Shown in pieces: positions 52,757 to 61,307 of a DNA stretch of 64,000 nucleotides. Source of the stretch: Desulfobacterales bacterium (lineage in GTDB: Bacteria > Desulfobacterota > Desulfobacteria > Desulfobacterales > UBA5852); assembly GCA_963674755.2 (NCBI GenBank), contig CAXXVS010000003.1, positions 448,001 through 512,000 of the forward strand. Reading direction: 5' to 3'. The number at the start of each line of letters is the position of its first letter. Position 1 is the first letter of the stretch. Below the pieces are notes generated by a model. It saw nothing but the letters and a program-made list of their open reading frames with translations. It searched no databases and had not been told where the DNA came from. The translations under genes were made by a program, and so were the position numbers.

Positions 52757-53518
52757 ATGCCTATGGCCAACAAACTGACCATCGCATTCAGCCGCCGCGA
52801 GGCCGAACTCTACCGCTCCCACGGGCTGTTGGAAGAGGCTCGCCAGCTTTACCGCCAGGTTCTGGAGGAATCCGGTGCGCTGGGGTCCGGGCTGGCCGAA
52901 TCCCTCCAAGAAAAAATCAGCCAGCTTGAAGCGGAGCTTGCCGAACTGGATGTCGATCTGTCCGACGTGGTCTCGGAACGGGAACTGTGCATTCTGCGCG
53001 AGGGCTGGGGCGACGCCCAGAGTGCCGCCGACGTTCGCACTTGCGCCGTCGCCCTCGGCAGTATCGGTCTTTATGAAGCCGCTATCGAAGAATACCGCAA
53101 ACTGATCCGCCTGAAGCAGCCCCTTGCCGATTACCTCGAAGGTTTAATCGATTGCCTCATGGCGTTATACACCCCGGAATTGATCAAGGGTGAGATCGAT
53201 GCCATCATCGCCGGGGACCAGCCCGCCGAAACCCATCCCAACGTGCTGCGTATCGCTTTTGCCATGGAATTGTCCCGCCGCGGTATGGATAGTCCCGCCT
53301 TATTGCTGTATGAAGCGGCCCGTGCCGTCCGGCCCCTGCCGGCCAGAATCGAGGCCCACGTCAAAGTTGTCCGGAAGCGTTTGAAGAGGGGGCCGGCCAA
53401 AGATCAAAATTCCTTGAGCGCTTCGCGTGATCAAACGCCCGCCTATCAGCTTAAGGTGCGGCTTGCGAATCGACTTGCCCGTCTGCGGGGATTGATCCGT
53501 AGCCTGCGCAAATCCTGA
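52757..53518 (+). CDS. Hypothetical helical / TPR-like protein
   Basis: EAELYRSHGLLEEARQLY and IGLYEAAIEEY TPR-like helices. Confidence 0.65.
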   Translation: MPMANKLTIAFSRREAELYRSHGLLEEARQLYRQVLEESGALGSGLAESLQEKISQLEAELAELDVDLSDVVSERELCILREGWGDAQSAADVRTCAVALGSIGLYEAAIEEYRKLIRLKQPLADYLEGLIDCLMALYTPELIKGEIDAIIAGDQPAETHPNVLRIAFAMELSRRGMDSPALLLYEAARAVRPLPARIEAHVKVVRKRLKRGPAKDQNSLSASRDQTPAYQLKVRLANRLARLRGLIRSLRKS

Positions 53519-53520
53519 AC

Positions 53521-55530
53521 TCAGATCGCCAGCCCAGCCCTGAAACCACTGTGCATGGCCTCGAAAGCCGTGGCCACCTGGTCTGCATCGCCCACGGTGG
53601 TATAAGGGATTTGTAACTTTTCCAGGGTGGCCGCAAGGGGGTGAAACGGCTGGGTGCCGACCCCCAGAACCACCGTGTCCGCCGGGAGTTCCTGCCGACG
53701 GCCGTTTCCTGTTTCGACCATGACGCCGTCCGGTGTGATTTCCAGGGCCTTGGTGGCGGGCATCACCTTCACAGCAGTGCGCTGCATATCCTGAAGTAAG
53801 GTCCAACGCGTGGTTTTACCGAGCCCCTGTCCGATGCGGTCGATCATTTCGATCAAGGTCACCTCTTTGGTCCCATTGACGGCCAGCTCATAAAGGTCCT
53901 CGATCGGTTCGGCTTGGTTGACCATGAGAAATTTGAGGGCTTCACCGGAAAGGGTGCCCCGTTCAGCCAGAAAAAGGGCCGTCTCCACCCCCACGGCGCC
54001 GCCCCCGATGACAACCACCCGCCGGCCCGTACGAACCCGATGGCGCAGTATATCCCAGGCCTGGACGACATGGTCTCGGTCAATACCCGCAATGGGAGGT
54101 GTGATCGGCTGGCCGCCGGTGGCCAGGATGACATGGTCAAGGCGATCTTTTAGAAACTGCTTTTCATCCACGGTTGTATTCAGATGAACCTTCACCGGAC
54201 TGATGGCCACCTGGTTTGCCAGATCCCGGGCCAGTTCGGCAAATTCATTACGGCCCGGAGGGGCCGCGGCCAGATGGAGCTGTCCCCCGAGCTGATCGGA
54301 TACTTCATACAGATGGACACGATGGCCTCGTTCGGCAGCTGTCAGGGCCGCACGCATGCCGGCGGCCCCGCCGCCGACGACCGCAACCACCTTGGGTGTT
54401 GCGGCCTGGGCCATTTCCCGGCATTCAGCCTCATGGCCGGCTTTAGGGTTGCAGAGGCATTCCACACTCTTGAGTTTGAACAGGTTGTCAAAGCAGCCCT
54501 GGGCACAGGCCACGCAATGGACGATTTCCGTTTCCCGGTTTTGACGGGCCTTTTCAGGAAGGTCAGGGTCGGCAATCAGGCTGCGTCCCATGGCGACCAT
54601 GTCGCACATGTCATCCAGGAGCAAATCCCGGGCCGTGGCCGGATCATTGACACGATGACCGTAAATAACAGGAATCGTCACCCGGGTCTTGATGGCGCGC
54701 GCCAGATAGGCGAAGGCGCCACGGGGAACGGCTGTGGTGATCTGGGGTACGCGGGCTTCATGCCAGCCGACATTGATGCTCAGCGCATCGACGCGGCCTG
54801 TTTCCTGCAACGCGCGGGCGTAGGTCTGCAATTCGCGGCGATCCTGTCCGCCCTTCATGAAGTCATTGCCGTTCATGCGGACGATGACGGGAAAATGCGG
54901 GCCGACCGTGTGCCGTATGGCCTGCATGACTTCAAGGCCGAAGCGCATGCGGTTTTCCAGCGAACCGCCATATTCGTCTTCCCGCTGGTTGGTCAGGGGG
55001 GACAAGAATTCACTGATCAGATAGCCAGTGCCGCTCAGGATTTCCACGGCATCGAAACCCGCCGCCTGGACGCGGCCGGCAGCCTGGGCAAAACGTTCGA
55101 CAACCGTTCGAATTTCCGGGATGGTGAGGGCGCGCGGAGTTTCTTTGGTCATGCGCGAGGCGATGGCCGATGGTGCCACCGGTTGTTGCCCGTTGAGAAA
55201 AAAAGAGAAATTGTAGCGGCCGGCATGGTTGAGCTGCACCGCGGAACGCGCTCCGTTTTCCTTGATGGCTTTGGCCAACCGGGACAGGCCGGGAATAAAT
55301 GTATCTTTATGGGCCCCGATGTTGGTGGTATTGCCGGAAAACTCGTCCACTGTGGCATAACCGACGCAAATGAGACCTGCGCCGCCCCGCGCCCGTTCGG
55401 TATAAAAGGCCACCAAGGGGTCGCTCACTTCGAAATCGACGGCCATGCCTAGATGCATGGCCGGCATGTAAATCCTATTTTTAACATGCAACTGGTTGAT
55501 CATGATCGGTTCAAAGATGGGATCCCTCAT
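53521..55530 (-). CDS. fadH: 2,4-dienoyl-CoA reductase-like FMN/FAD/Fe-S oxidoreductase (old yellow enzyme family)
   Basis: KNRIYMPAMH, ERARGG, QLNHAGRY, GWHEARVP, CVACAQGC..C, GGGAAG and GGGAVG. Confidence 0.8.
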   Translation of the reverse strand: MRDPIFEPIMINQLHVKNRIYMPAMHLGMAVDFEVSDPLVAFYTERARGGAGLICVGYATVDEFSGNTTNIGAHKDTFIPGLSRLAKAIKENGARSAVQLNHAGRYNFSFFLNGQQPVAPSAIASRMTKETPRALTIPEIRTVVERFAQAAGRVQAAGFDAVEILSGTGYLISEFLSPLTNQREDEYGGSLENRMRFGLEVMQAIRHTVGPHFPVIVRMNGNDFMKGGQDRRELQTYARALQETGRVDALSINVGWHEARVPQITTAVPRGAFAYLARAIKTRVTIPVIYGHRVNDPATARDLLLDDMCDMVAMGRSLIADPDLPEKARQNRETEIVHCVACAQGCFDNLFKLKSVECLCNPKAGHEAECREMAQAATPKVVAVVGGGAAGMRAALTAAERGHRVHLYEVSDQLGGQLHLAAAPPGRNEFAELARDLANQVAISPVKVHLNTTVDEKQFLKDRLDHVILATGGQPITPPIAGIDRDHVVQAWDILRHRVRTGRRVVVIGGGAVGVETALFLAERGTLSGEALKFLMVNQAEPIEDLYELAVNGTKEVTLIEMIDRIGQGLGKTTRWTLLQDMQRTAVKVMPATKALEITPDGVMVETGNGRRQELPADTVVLGVGTQPFHPLAATLEKLQIPYTTVGDADQVATAFEAMHSGFRAGLAI

Positions 55531-55602
55531 GGATACAAGACCTCCCCCGCAATGATTTCAAGACGGCTTGGGTTAATTGATGGGCGATACTTTGCAGAAA
55601 AA

Positions 55603-55635
55603 CTTAAGCATATGCTTAAGCCATCGAAACTGCAA
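55603..55635 (-). promoter_or_regulatory. Promoter of the fadH-like gene, overlapped by a perfect 18-bp palindrome
   Basis: TTGCAG-N17-TATGCT; palindrome CTTAAGCATATGCTTAAG at 55603-55620. Confidence 0.6.
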
Positions 55636-55716
55636 CGATTATCTTTAAAATCCGTTCGAGCAGGATGCGCTTTTGTAGGCCCCGTGATCGTGATATCGGT
55701 TCCGGGCGTTTTGGCT

Positions 55717-55752
55717 AAAAGAAAACGGTTATTCGCGAAGCGAATAACCGTT
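55717..55752 (-). terminator. Intrinsic terminator
   Basis: AACGGTTATTCGC-TTC-GCGAATAACCGTT perfect 13-bp stem, then TTCTTTT. Confidence 0.8.
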
Positions 55753-55791
55753 AAGGAGGAAACCTTATATGAAAGGTTAGGTTAGGTTGGC
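55717..55791 (-). ncRNA. Predicted ~75-nt sigma54-dependent small RNA
   Basis: Bounded by a -24/-12 box and a terminator; no credible ORF; exposed UCCUCCUU. Confidence 0.55.
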
Positions 55792-55801
55792 CATAGGTAA
55801 A

Positions 55802-55840
55802 AGCAAACAGCATGCCAAATTTGCTTATAAGTGTTTGATA
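55802..55840 (-). promoter_or_regulatory. Sigma54 -24/-12 promoter with IHF site
   Basis: TGGCATGCTGTTTGCT (55817-55802); TATCAAACACTTA (55840-55828) matches WATCAANNNNTTR. Confidence 0.78.
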
Positions 55841-55932
55841 AAATATATATTGCAACAATTTCAATTGGTTATAAATTTTCGGCATGACTTTTTGTGTCAA
55901 CTCCAAACTGGAAAACGTTCCGAGTGGTGCCA

Positions 55933-56038
55933 GAAAATTCAAAAATATTAACCTCTCTTTTTCCCATATATCGATAACATCTTGATTAAACAAATACTTA
56001 TCATTATAAGCCCGAAAGTTCAAAAATTTGAACCTCTC
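55933..56038. repeat. Two 25-bp direct repeats, candidate enhancer (UAS) sites
   Basis: GAAAATTCAAAAATATTAACCTCTC (55933-55957) and GAAAGTTCAAAAATTTGAACCTCTC (56014-56038), 22/25 identical. Confidence 0.65.
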
Positions 56039-56152
56039 GCGCACGATCCGGCATGGATTGCATTATCTATATGATAATATTGTATAATTAAACTTATTCA
56101 ATTTTAATTGTTGGATAGACAAACTTCATGGTTGTTCTCAGGGCGGGTGTTT

Positions 56153-57295
56153 ATGGATAGTTGCATCAGGCAAGACCCCATGTACCGCTACCTGTTGGTT
56201 TTGACGGTGGCGTCGGCCTTTGGATTGCAAGGCTGGCGCACCCTCTTCAACAATTTTGCGGTCGAAGTGGCCGGGCTCAATGGCAGCCAGGTGGGTATCA
56301 TCCAGTCGGTGAGGGAAGTCCCTGGTTTTCTGGCCTTGTTGGCGGTTTATTTTCTGCTGGTCATGCGCGAACATCGCCTTTCGGCCGTGTCCATTCTCAT
56401 TTTGGGGGTAGGCGTCGGAATCACCGGTATGATGCCCACCATGGGAGGACTCGTCATGACGACCCTCATCATGAGCATCGGCTTTCACTACTACGAAACC
56501 ACCAACCAATCGCTGACGCTGCAGTATTTCGATCAGGGCACCGCTCCGGTGGTCTTCGGACGTCAGCGAAGCTATGCGGCCGCGACGAATATTGCGGTGG
56601 GGATTGCCATTTACGCCCTGGCGTTCGTTCTGTCTTATATGGTGATGTATCTTCTGATGGGGATTGCCCTGTGCGGCATGGCGTTCTGGGGGTTTCGGAA
56701 AGATCCGGCCCGCAGCAGCCTGCCGGTTCAGCGTAAGCAGATGATTCTGCGCAAGCGCTACGGGCTGTTCTATTTTCTCACCTTTCTATCCGGGGCCCGA
56801 CGGCAGATTTTCACTTCTTTCGCCGTGTTTCTTCTCGTGAAACGCTTTGGCTTTACCGTCCAGGAAATCACTCTCCTGTTTATTGTGAACAACGGAATCA
56901 ATTATTTTCTGAGTCCGATAATCGGCAAAGCCATCGTGCGTTATGGCGAGCGCCGGGTGCTTTCGCTCGAATACGCCAGCATGATCGTCATCTTCATGGC
57001 CTATGCCGGGGTGCAGTCCAGGTGGATGGTGGCGGTCCTGTATGTTCTGGATCATATTTTTTTCAACTTTGCGATTGCTATCCGCACCTATTTCCAAAAA
57101 GTCGCCGATCCGCGCGATATTGCGCCCAGTATGGCCGTAGGATTTACCATCAACCATATTGCCGCCGTGGCGCTGCCTGCGATCGGAGGGATGCTGTGGA
57201 TGGTGGATTATCGCATCCCCTTCGTGGGCGGTGCGATGCTGGCGTTCATATCCTTGGCCGGGGTCCAGTTTATCCGTCTCCCCAAATCGGCGTAG
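56153..57295 (+). CDS. MFS transporter
   Basis: About 12 TM helices; SVREVPG, FHYYET, GARRQIF, GFTINHIAAV. Confidence 0.88.
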   Translation: MDSCIRQDPMYRYLLVLTVASAFGLQGWRTLFNNFAVEVAGLNGSQVGIIQSVREVPGFLALLAVYFLLVMREHRLSAVSILILGVGVGITGMMPTMGGLVMTTLIMSIGFHYYETTNQSLTLQYFDQGTAPVVFGRQRSYAAATNIAVGIAIYALAFVLSYMVMYLLMGIALCGMAFWGFRKDPARSSLPVQRKQMILRKRYGLFYFLTFLSGARRQIFTSFAVFLLVKRFGFTVQEITLLFIVNNGINYFLSPIIGKAIVRYGERRVLSLEYASMIVIFMAYAGVQSRWMVAVLYVLDHIFFNFAIAIRTYFQKVADPRDIAPSMAVGFTINHIAAVALPAIGGMLWMVDYRIPFVGGAMLAFISLAGVQFIRLPKSA

Positions 57296-57334
57296 GCCGG
57301 AAAGCCGCGTTCCGGCAGCAGGATGCGCACGCTG

Positions 57335-58345
57335 TTAGAAGATGCCGTCGATGACCTGGTGACAGTAGGCGCAGTGGTTCGTATCGATCAGATTGGTGCG
57401 GCTGCGGTAGTGAAACCGATTGACCACGATGTTGCCGCAGGCGGGGCAGAGGGTGTTTTCACCGCCGCCGCCGGACACGTTGCCGACATAGACATAGCGC
57501 AGCCCGGCCGCCATGCCGATGTCGCGGGCCCGGTTCAAGGTTTCCAGCGGGGTGACGGGCCGCTCGGTCATGCGATAGGTCGGGTGGAAACGGCTGATAT
57601 GCCAGGGGGTTTCCGGTCCCAGATCCACCGCCACGAAGCGCGCCAGAGCCTTCAATTCTTCCGGATCATCGTTTGCACCCGGGATCAGGAGGGTTGTAAC
57701 TTCCACCAGCACCCCACCCGCTTTCATGCGCTTCAGGGTTGCCTTGACCGGCTCCAGCCGAGCCCCGCAGGTCTCCTTGTAAAAACTTTCCGAGAACGAT
57801 TTCAGGTCGACATTGGCCGCATCCAGGACGGGCAGCAGCATATCCAGGGCTTCCGCAGTCATGTAGCCGTTGGTGACGAAAATGTTACGCAAACCGGCAG
57901 CCCGGGCCAGCCGGGCGACGTCCAAAGCGAATTCGAAGAAAATCGTGGGTTCGGTATAGGTATAGGCAATGCTCGCACAGCCGTTGGCGCGTGCCTCGGC
58001 CACAACGGCCTCCGGCGTCACCGTTTGCCCGACAATCGCCCCCTGGTGGTCTGTCGGCATTTGGGCGAGGTCCGCATTCTGGCAGAAGCGGCACTTGAAA
58101 TTGCAGCCTACCGTGGCAATGGAATAGGCGCGGCTGCCGGGGAGCATGTGGAATATCGGTTTTTTCTCAATGGGATCGACGTGCTGGGCAACCAGTTGGC
58201 CGTAGACCAGGGATTCGAGCCGGCCGTCGCGGTTTTCGCGCACCTGACAGATGCCGCGTCGACCGGCGGTAATTTTGCAACGATGGGCGCAAAGGAAGCA
58301 ACGAACGGCATCTTTTTCGAGGGGGGTATAGAGCAGGGCTTCCAT
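57335..58345 (-). CDS. AmmeMemoRadiSam-system radical SAM enzyme
   Basis: CFLCAHRC..GICQVR, DPIEKKP, CNFKCRFC (CxxxCxxC), YTYTEP, HISRFHP. Confidence 0.9.
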   Translation of the reverse strand: MEALLYTPLEKDAVRCFLCAHRCKITAGRRGICQVRENRDGRLESLVYGQLVAQHVDPIEKKPIFHMLPGSRAYSIATVGCNFKCRFCQNADLAQMPTDHQGAIVGQTVTPEAVVAEARANGCASIAYTYTEPTIFFEFALDVARLARAAGLRNIFVTNGYMTAEALDMLLPVLDAANVDLKSFSESFYKETCGARLEPVKATLKRMKAGGVLVEVTTLLIPGANDDPEELKALARFVAVDLGPETPWHISRFHPTYRMTERPVTPLETLNRARDIGMAAGLRYVYVGNVSGGGGENTLCPACGNIVVNRFHYRSRTNLIDTNHCAYCHQVIDGIF

Positions 58346-58357
58346 GACAGGGCTCCT

Positions 58358-59128
58358 TTAAGCATTCGGGTGGGACAGCGGCAGACCCGGCAAGGCCCGG
58401 GTCGTGCCGCCGGCCTGATAGCGTAGCGTCAGGGGGCGGGTCCGGAAGCGGGGGACCAGGGATACCACGACACCGGCAAAGGTGCCGAAGGGACAGCGTT
58501 GTACGAGGTGCGAGCGTTCGAGGCGTGAGATCAGCCCGTTGGGCTTGGCGGATAGCTGGCACACCGTCCGCCAGGACATGGGGGTTTTGCCGAGTTGGTC
58601 GGTAAACATCTGTTTGATTTCCCAGACGCTGAAAAAACGGGCCTTGTTGAAAATGGTGGGGGAAAACAGTCCTCTCACCCGACGTTGAAAACCTTTGATG
58701 GCGTAGCGGTTGAGAACGCCCAGAAACACACGGTCCTTGGCCACCCGGCAGGCTTCCTCAATGGCTTTCGGGGGCTGTTCCACGAATTCGAGGGTAGTGA
58801 CAAGAACGGCGTAGTTAAAGGAGTTGTCGCCGAAAGGGAGGTCCTCGGCGTATTCACGATAGAAGTCCACACGGTTCTTGAGTTGGCTGACGGCGATATC
58901 GAGCATATAAGGAGAAGGATCAATCCCCGTCACCTGCAGACCGAAATCCAGAAAAGGCTTTAAGCTGACGCCGCTGCCGCAACCGATATCCAGCAAGGTT
59001 TCCCCGGGCAGCGGGTTGAGCATATCGAGCATCAGCCGGCTCTCGAGCTCCGCCGCAAATCGCCGGCGCGGGTCGTTCAGCCACCGTTCATAGTCCCTGG
59101 CATCATTGAAATCGAATACATGTCCCAT
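58358..59128 (-). CDS. Class I SAM-dependent methyltransferase
   Basis: LLDIGCGSG, GIDPSPYML, AEDLPFGDNSF; start could be 59152. Confidence 0.85.
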   Translation of the reverse strand: MGHVFDFNDARDYERWLNDPRRRFAAELESRLMLDMLNPLPGETLLDIGCGSGVSLKPFLDFGLQVTGIDPSPYMLDIAVSQLKNRVDFYREYAEDLPFGDNSFNYAVLVTTLEFVEQPPKAIEEACRVAKDRVFLGVLNRYAIKGFQRRVRGLFSPTIFNKARFFSVWEIKQMFTDQLGKTPMSWRTVCQLSAKPNGLISRLERSHLVQRCPFGTFAGVVVSLVPRFRTRPLTLRYQAGGTTRALPGLPLSHPNA

Positions 59129-59251
59129 GGGAGAAACTCTAGTCAACTCCATGGAAATATCAAGAGGGACGCCACGGCAGGTGGCCGAAACAAAACAGGC
59201 ACGGCCGCAATACCGGCGGGCGGCGAAGCCTTGGGAAACTGGCGGAGAGGC

Positions 59252-60871
59252 TTATTCCGCGGCTTTGGCCGCCGGGGTACTCCCGGACGGGGCCTTCGCC
59301 TCCTTGGGCGCCTGTCCGCCGGTCGGCGTTTCAGCTGTGGCCGCTGTGGTTTCGGCCTTCCCCGGGGTGCTTTTTTTCTTGCGTCGCCAGCGGCGCCGTT
59401 TCTTTTTGGCGGGCTCCGCCTTTATCTCAGGTGTGGGCTCCGGTGTCGCTAGCGTTTCAGCAGCCCCCTGGGGCGGTGTGAATCCAAAGAAGGTGCCCGG
59501 GAAATAGTTGGGGGAACGGTTTTTGAGCTTGTCCAGCTGACGGCTGGCGGTAGTTTGGCGCGGCCCCCGTCCGGCCGCGGGCTGACTGTTGCGCGGGCGT
59601 GACGGCTTGTGGGATGTTCTTTTCGGCTTCGCGTACCGCGACGTTTTCACCGGCCCGGCCTGGTCTTTGACGAACCAGTCATCTTCCGGCCAGATGATCG
59701 GCAGCTTGTAGCCCAGCATCTCCTCAAGCGGCTCTAAATGGAAAACATAATTTTCACAGGCCAGGGAAATCGCCTCGCCGGATTTGCCGGCGCGGGCCGT
59801 GCGCCCGATCCGGTGGACATAACTTTCCGAGTCCTGGGGCAGATCGTAATTAATGACGTGGGAAATATCCTCGACATGAATGCCCCGGGAGGCCACATCG
59901 GTGGCCACCAGGATTTTGACCTGGTCGTTTTTAAATTGTTCCATCAGCTTGAAGCGTTGGCGCTGGGGTAGATCCCCGGTGATGCCTTCCGCCGGGAAAC
60001 CATTGCCCTTCAGTTTTTCGGCCAGCCATTCCACGCCGGACTTGGTATTGGCGAAAATCAGCACGCGGTGCCAGTCCTCACGGTTTAGAATGCCAAGCAA
60101 CAGGGGCAGTTTGCTTTCCTGGCCGACGTGGATCAGCGACTGGTTGATACGCTCCACGGTCACTTCTTCCGGTGTCACCGAAATGAACTCGGGCAGGTTC
60201 ATATATTCATAGGTAAGCTCCAGAACCCGGTGCGACAGGGTGGCTGAAAAGAGCATGGATTGACGCTTTTCGTAATGGGGCAGCTTGCGCAGGATGAAGC
60301 GCATGTCTTTGGCAAAACCAAGATCCAGCAGCCGGTCGGCCTCGTCGATGACCACGATCTTGATATTGTCAGTTTTGAATATGTGTTGCTTATAGTAGTC
60401 AATAATGCGGCCCGGCGTGCAAATAACGATGTCTACACCGCTTTTGAGGGCATCGGCCTGCTTCTGATAATCGACGCCACCCACCACCTGGACGCAGCTC
60501 AGACCGGTATGGGCGCCCAGCAAAAGGGCTTCTTCGTAAATCTGAAAAGCCAGTTCCCGGGTGGGCGCGACAATCAGGGCCGACGGTGTCCCTGGCTGGC
60601 GGTCGGACATTTTGAGCAGGCGTGTGAACATGGTGACCAGAAAAGCGCCGGTTTTGCCGGTGCCGGTCTGGGCCTGGCCGGCAATATCCCGGCCTTCCAG
60701 AGCCACGGGCAGCACCTGGGCCTGGATGGGGGTGCAGCGCGTGAATTGGGCATCTTGCAGGCCCTGCAGCAGGCTTGCAGGCAAATCGAAGCGGTCGAAT
60801 GTCGCTTGGGTGAGAAAAGCCGGTTTATCGGCGCGCTCGGATGGTTGGGGCGCGTCCGGAGATTCGATCAT
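59252..60871 (-). CDS. rhlB: DEAD-box RNA helicase (RhlB-like)
   Basis: AGQAQTGTGKT, PTRELA, DEAD, SAT, HRIGRTAR; basic C-terminal tail. Confidence 0.85.
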   Translation of the reverse strand: MIESPDAPQPSERADKPAFLTQATFDRFDLPASLLQGLQDAQFTRCTPIQAQVLPVALEGRDIAGQAQTGTGKTGAFLVTMFTRLLKMSDRQPGTPSALIVAPTRELAFQIYEEALLLGAHTGLSCVQVVGGVDYQKQADALKSGVDIVICTPGRIIDYYKQHIFKTDNIKIVVIDEADRLLDLGFAKDMRFILRKLPHYEKRQSMLFSATLSHRVLELTYEYMNLPEFISVTPEEVTVERINQSLIHVGQESKLPLLLGILNREDWHRVLIFANTKSGVEWLAEKLKGNGFPAEGITGDLPQRQRFKLMEQFKNDQVKILVATDVASRGIHVEDISHVINYDLPQDSESYVHRIGRTARAGKSGEAISLACENYVFHLEPLEEMLGYKLPIIWPEDDWFVKDQAGPVKTSRYAKPKRTSHKPSRPRNSQPAAGRGPRQTTASRQLDKLKNRSPNYFPGTFFGFTPPQGAAETLATPEPTPEIKAEPAKKKRRRWRRKKKSTPGKAETTAATAETPTGGQAPKEAKAPSGSTPAAKAAE

Positions 60872-61307
60872 AGTGTCCTCATTGGTTGTAAGGCGGGTAG
60901 GTGCCATTGATATTTCATCCGAATTTGGTGGATTATACCCTTTTTTCAAGAATTTGCAAGTTATTGCACGCATGGCCCGGCGTATGGTGTTCATTATCGA
61001 TCCCGGTGTTGTTTAATCCTTGAACAGCCGCAAAGCGATCTTGGAAATGGGTCAGGCCGCTTTCGACCGTTGCAAAACCGCCTGCCGCCGGACTGAACGC
61101 CGGTGCCATCCCAGGGAATCGTTCGCGGGTGGTTACGATGCCAAACATATTGATTTTTTGGCACGTTCAGTAGATAACCACAATTTACGGCGAGGCGGCC
61201 GTAAAAGCAAGCGGCGCTGTTGAAATTAAAAGCGCCGGGCAATACGATTATTCTACGGGTACGACATGGCCCGGAGTGGTTGGGGTGTGCCGCCCACATG
61301 ACGGAGC

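Noticed and set aside
55753..55780. Plus-strand AAGGAGG followed by ATG AAA GGT TAG
   Set aside because: Only 3 codons, and the promoter and terminator polarity point to the minus strand; it is the complement of the anti-SD motif
55751..56044. 97-aa minus-strand ORF ending at the terminator
   Set aside because: AT-rich with atypical composition and no SD sequence; it runs across the UAS, IHF and sigma54 elements, which explain the region better
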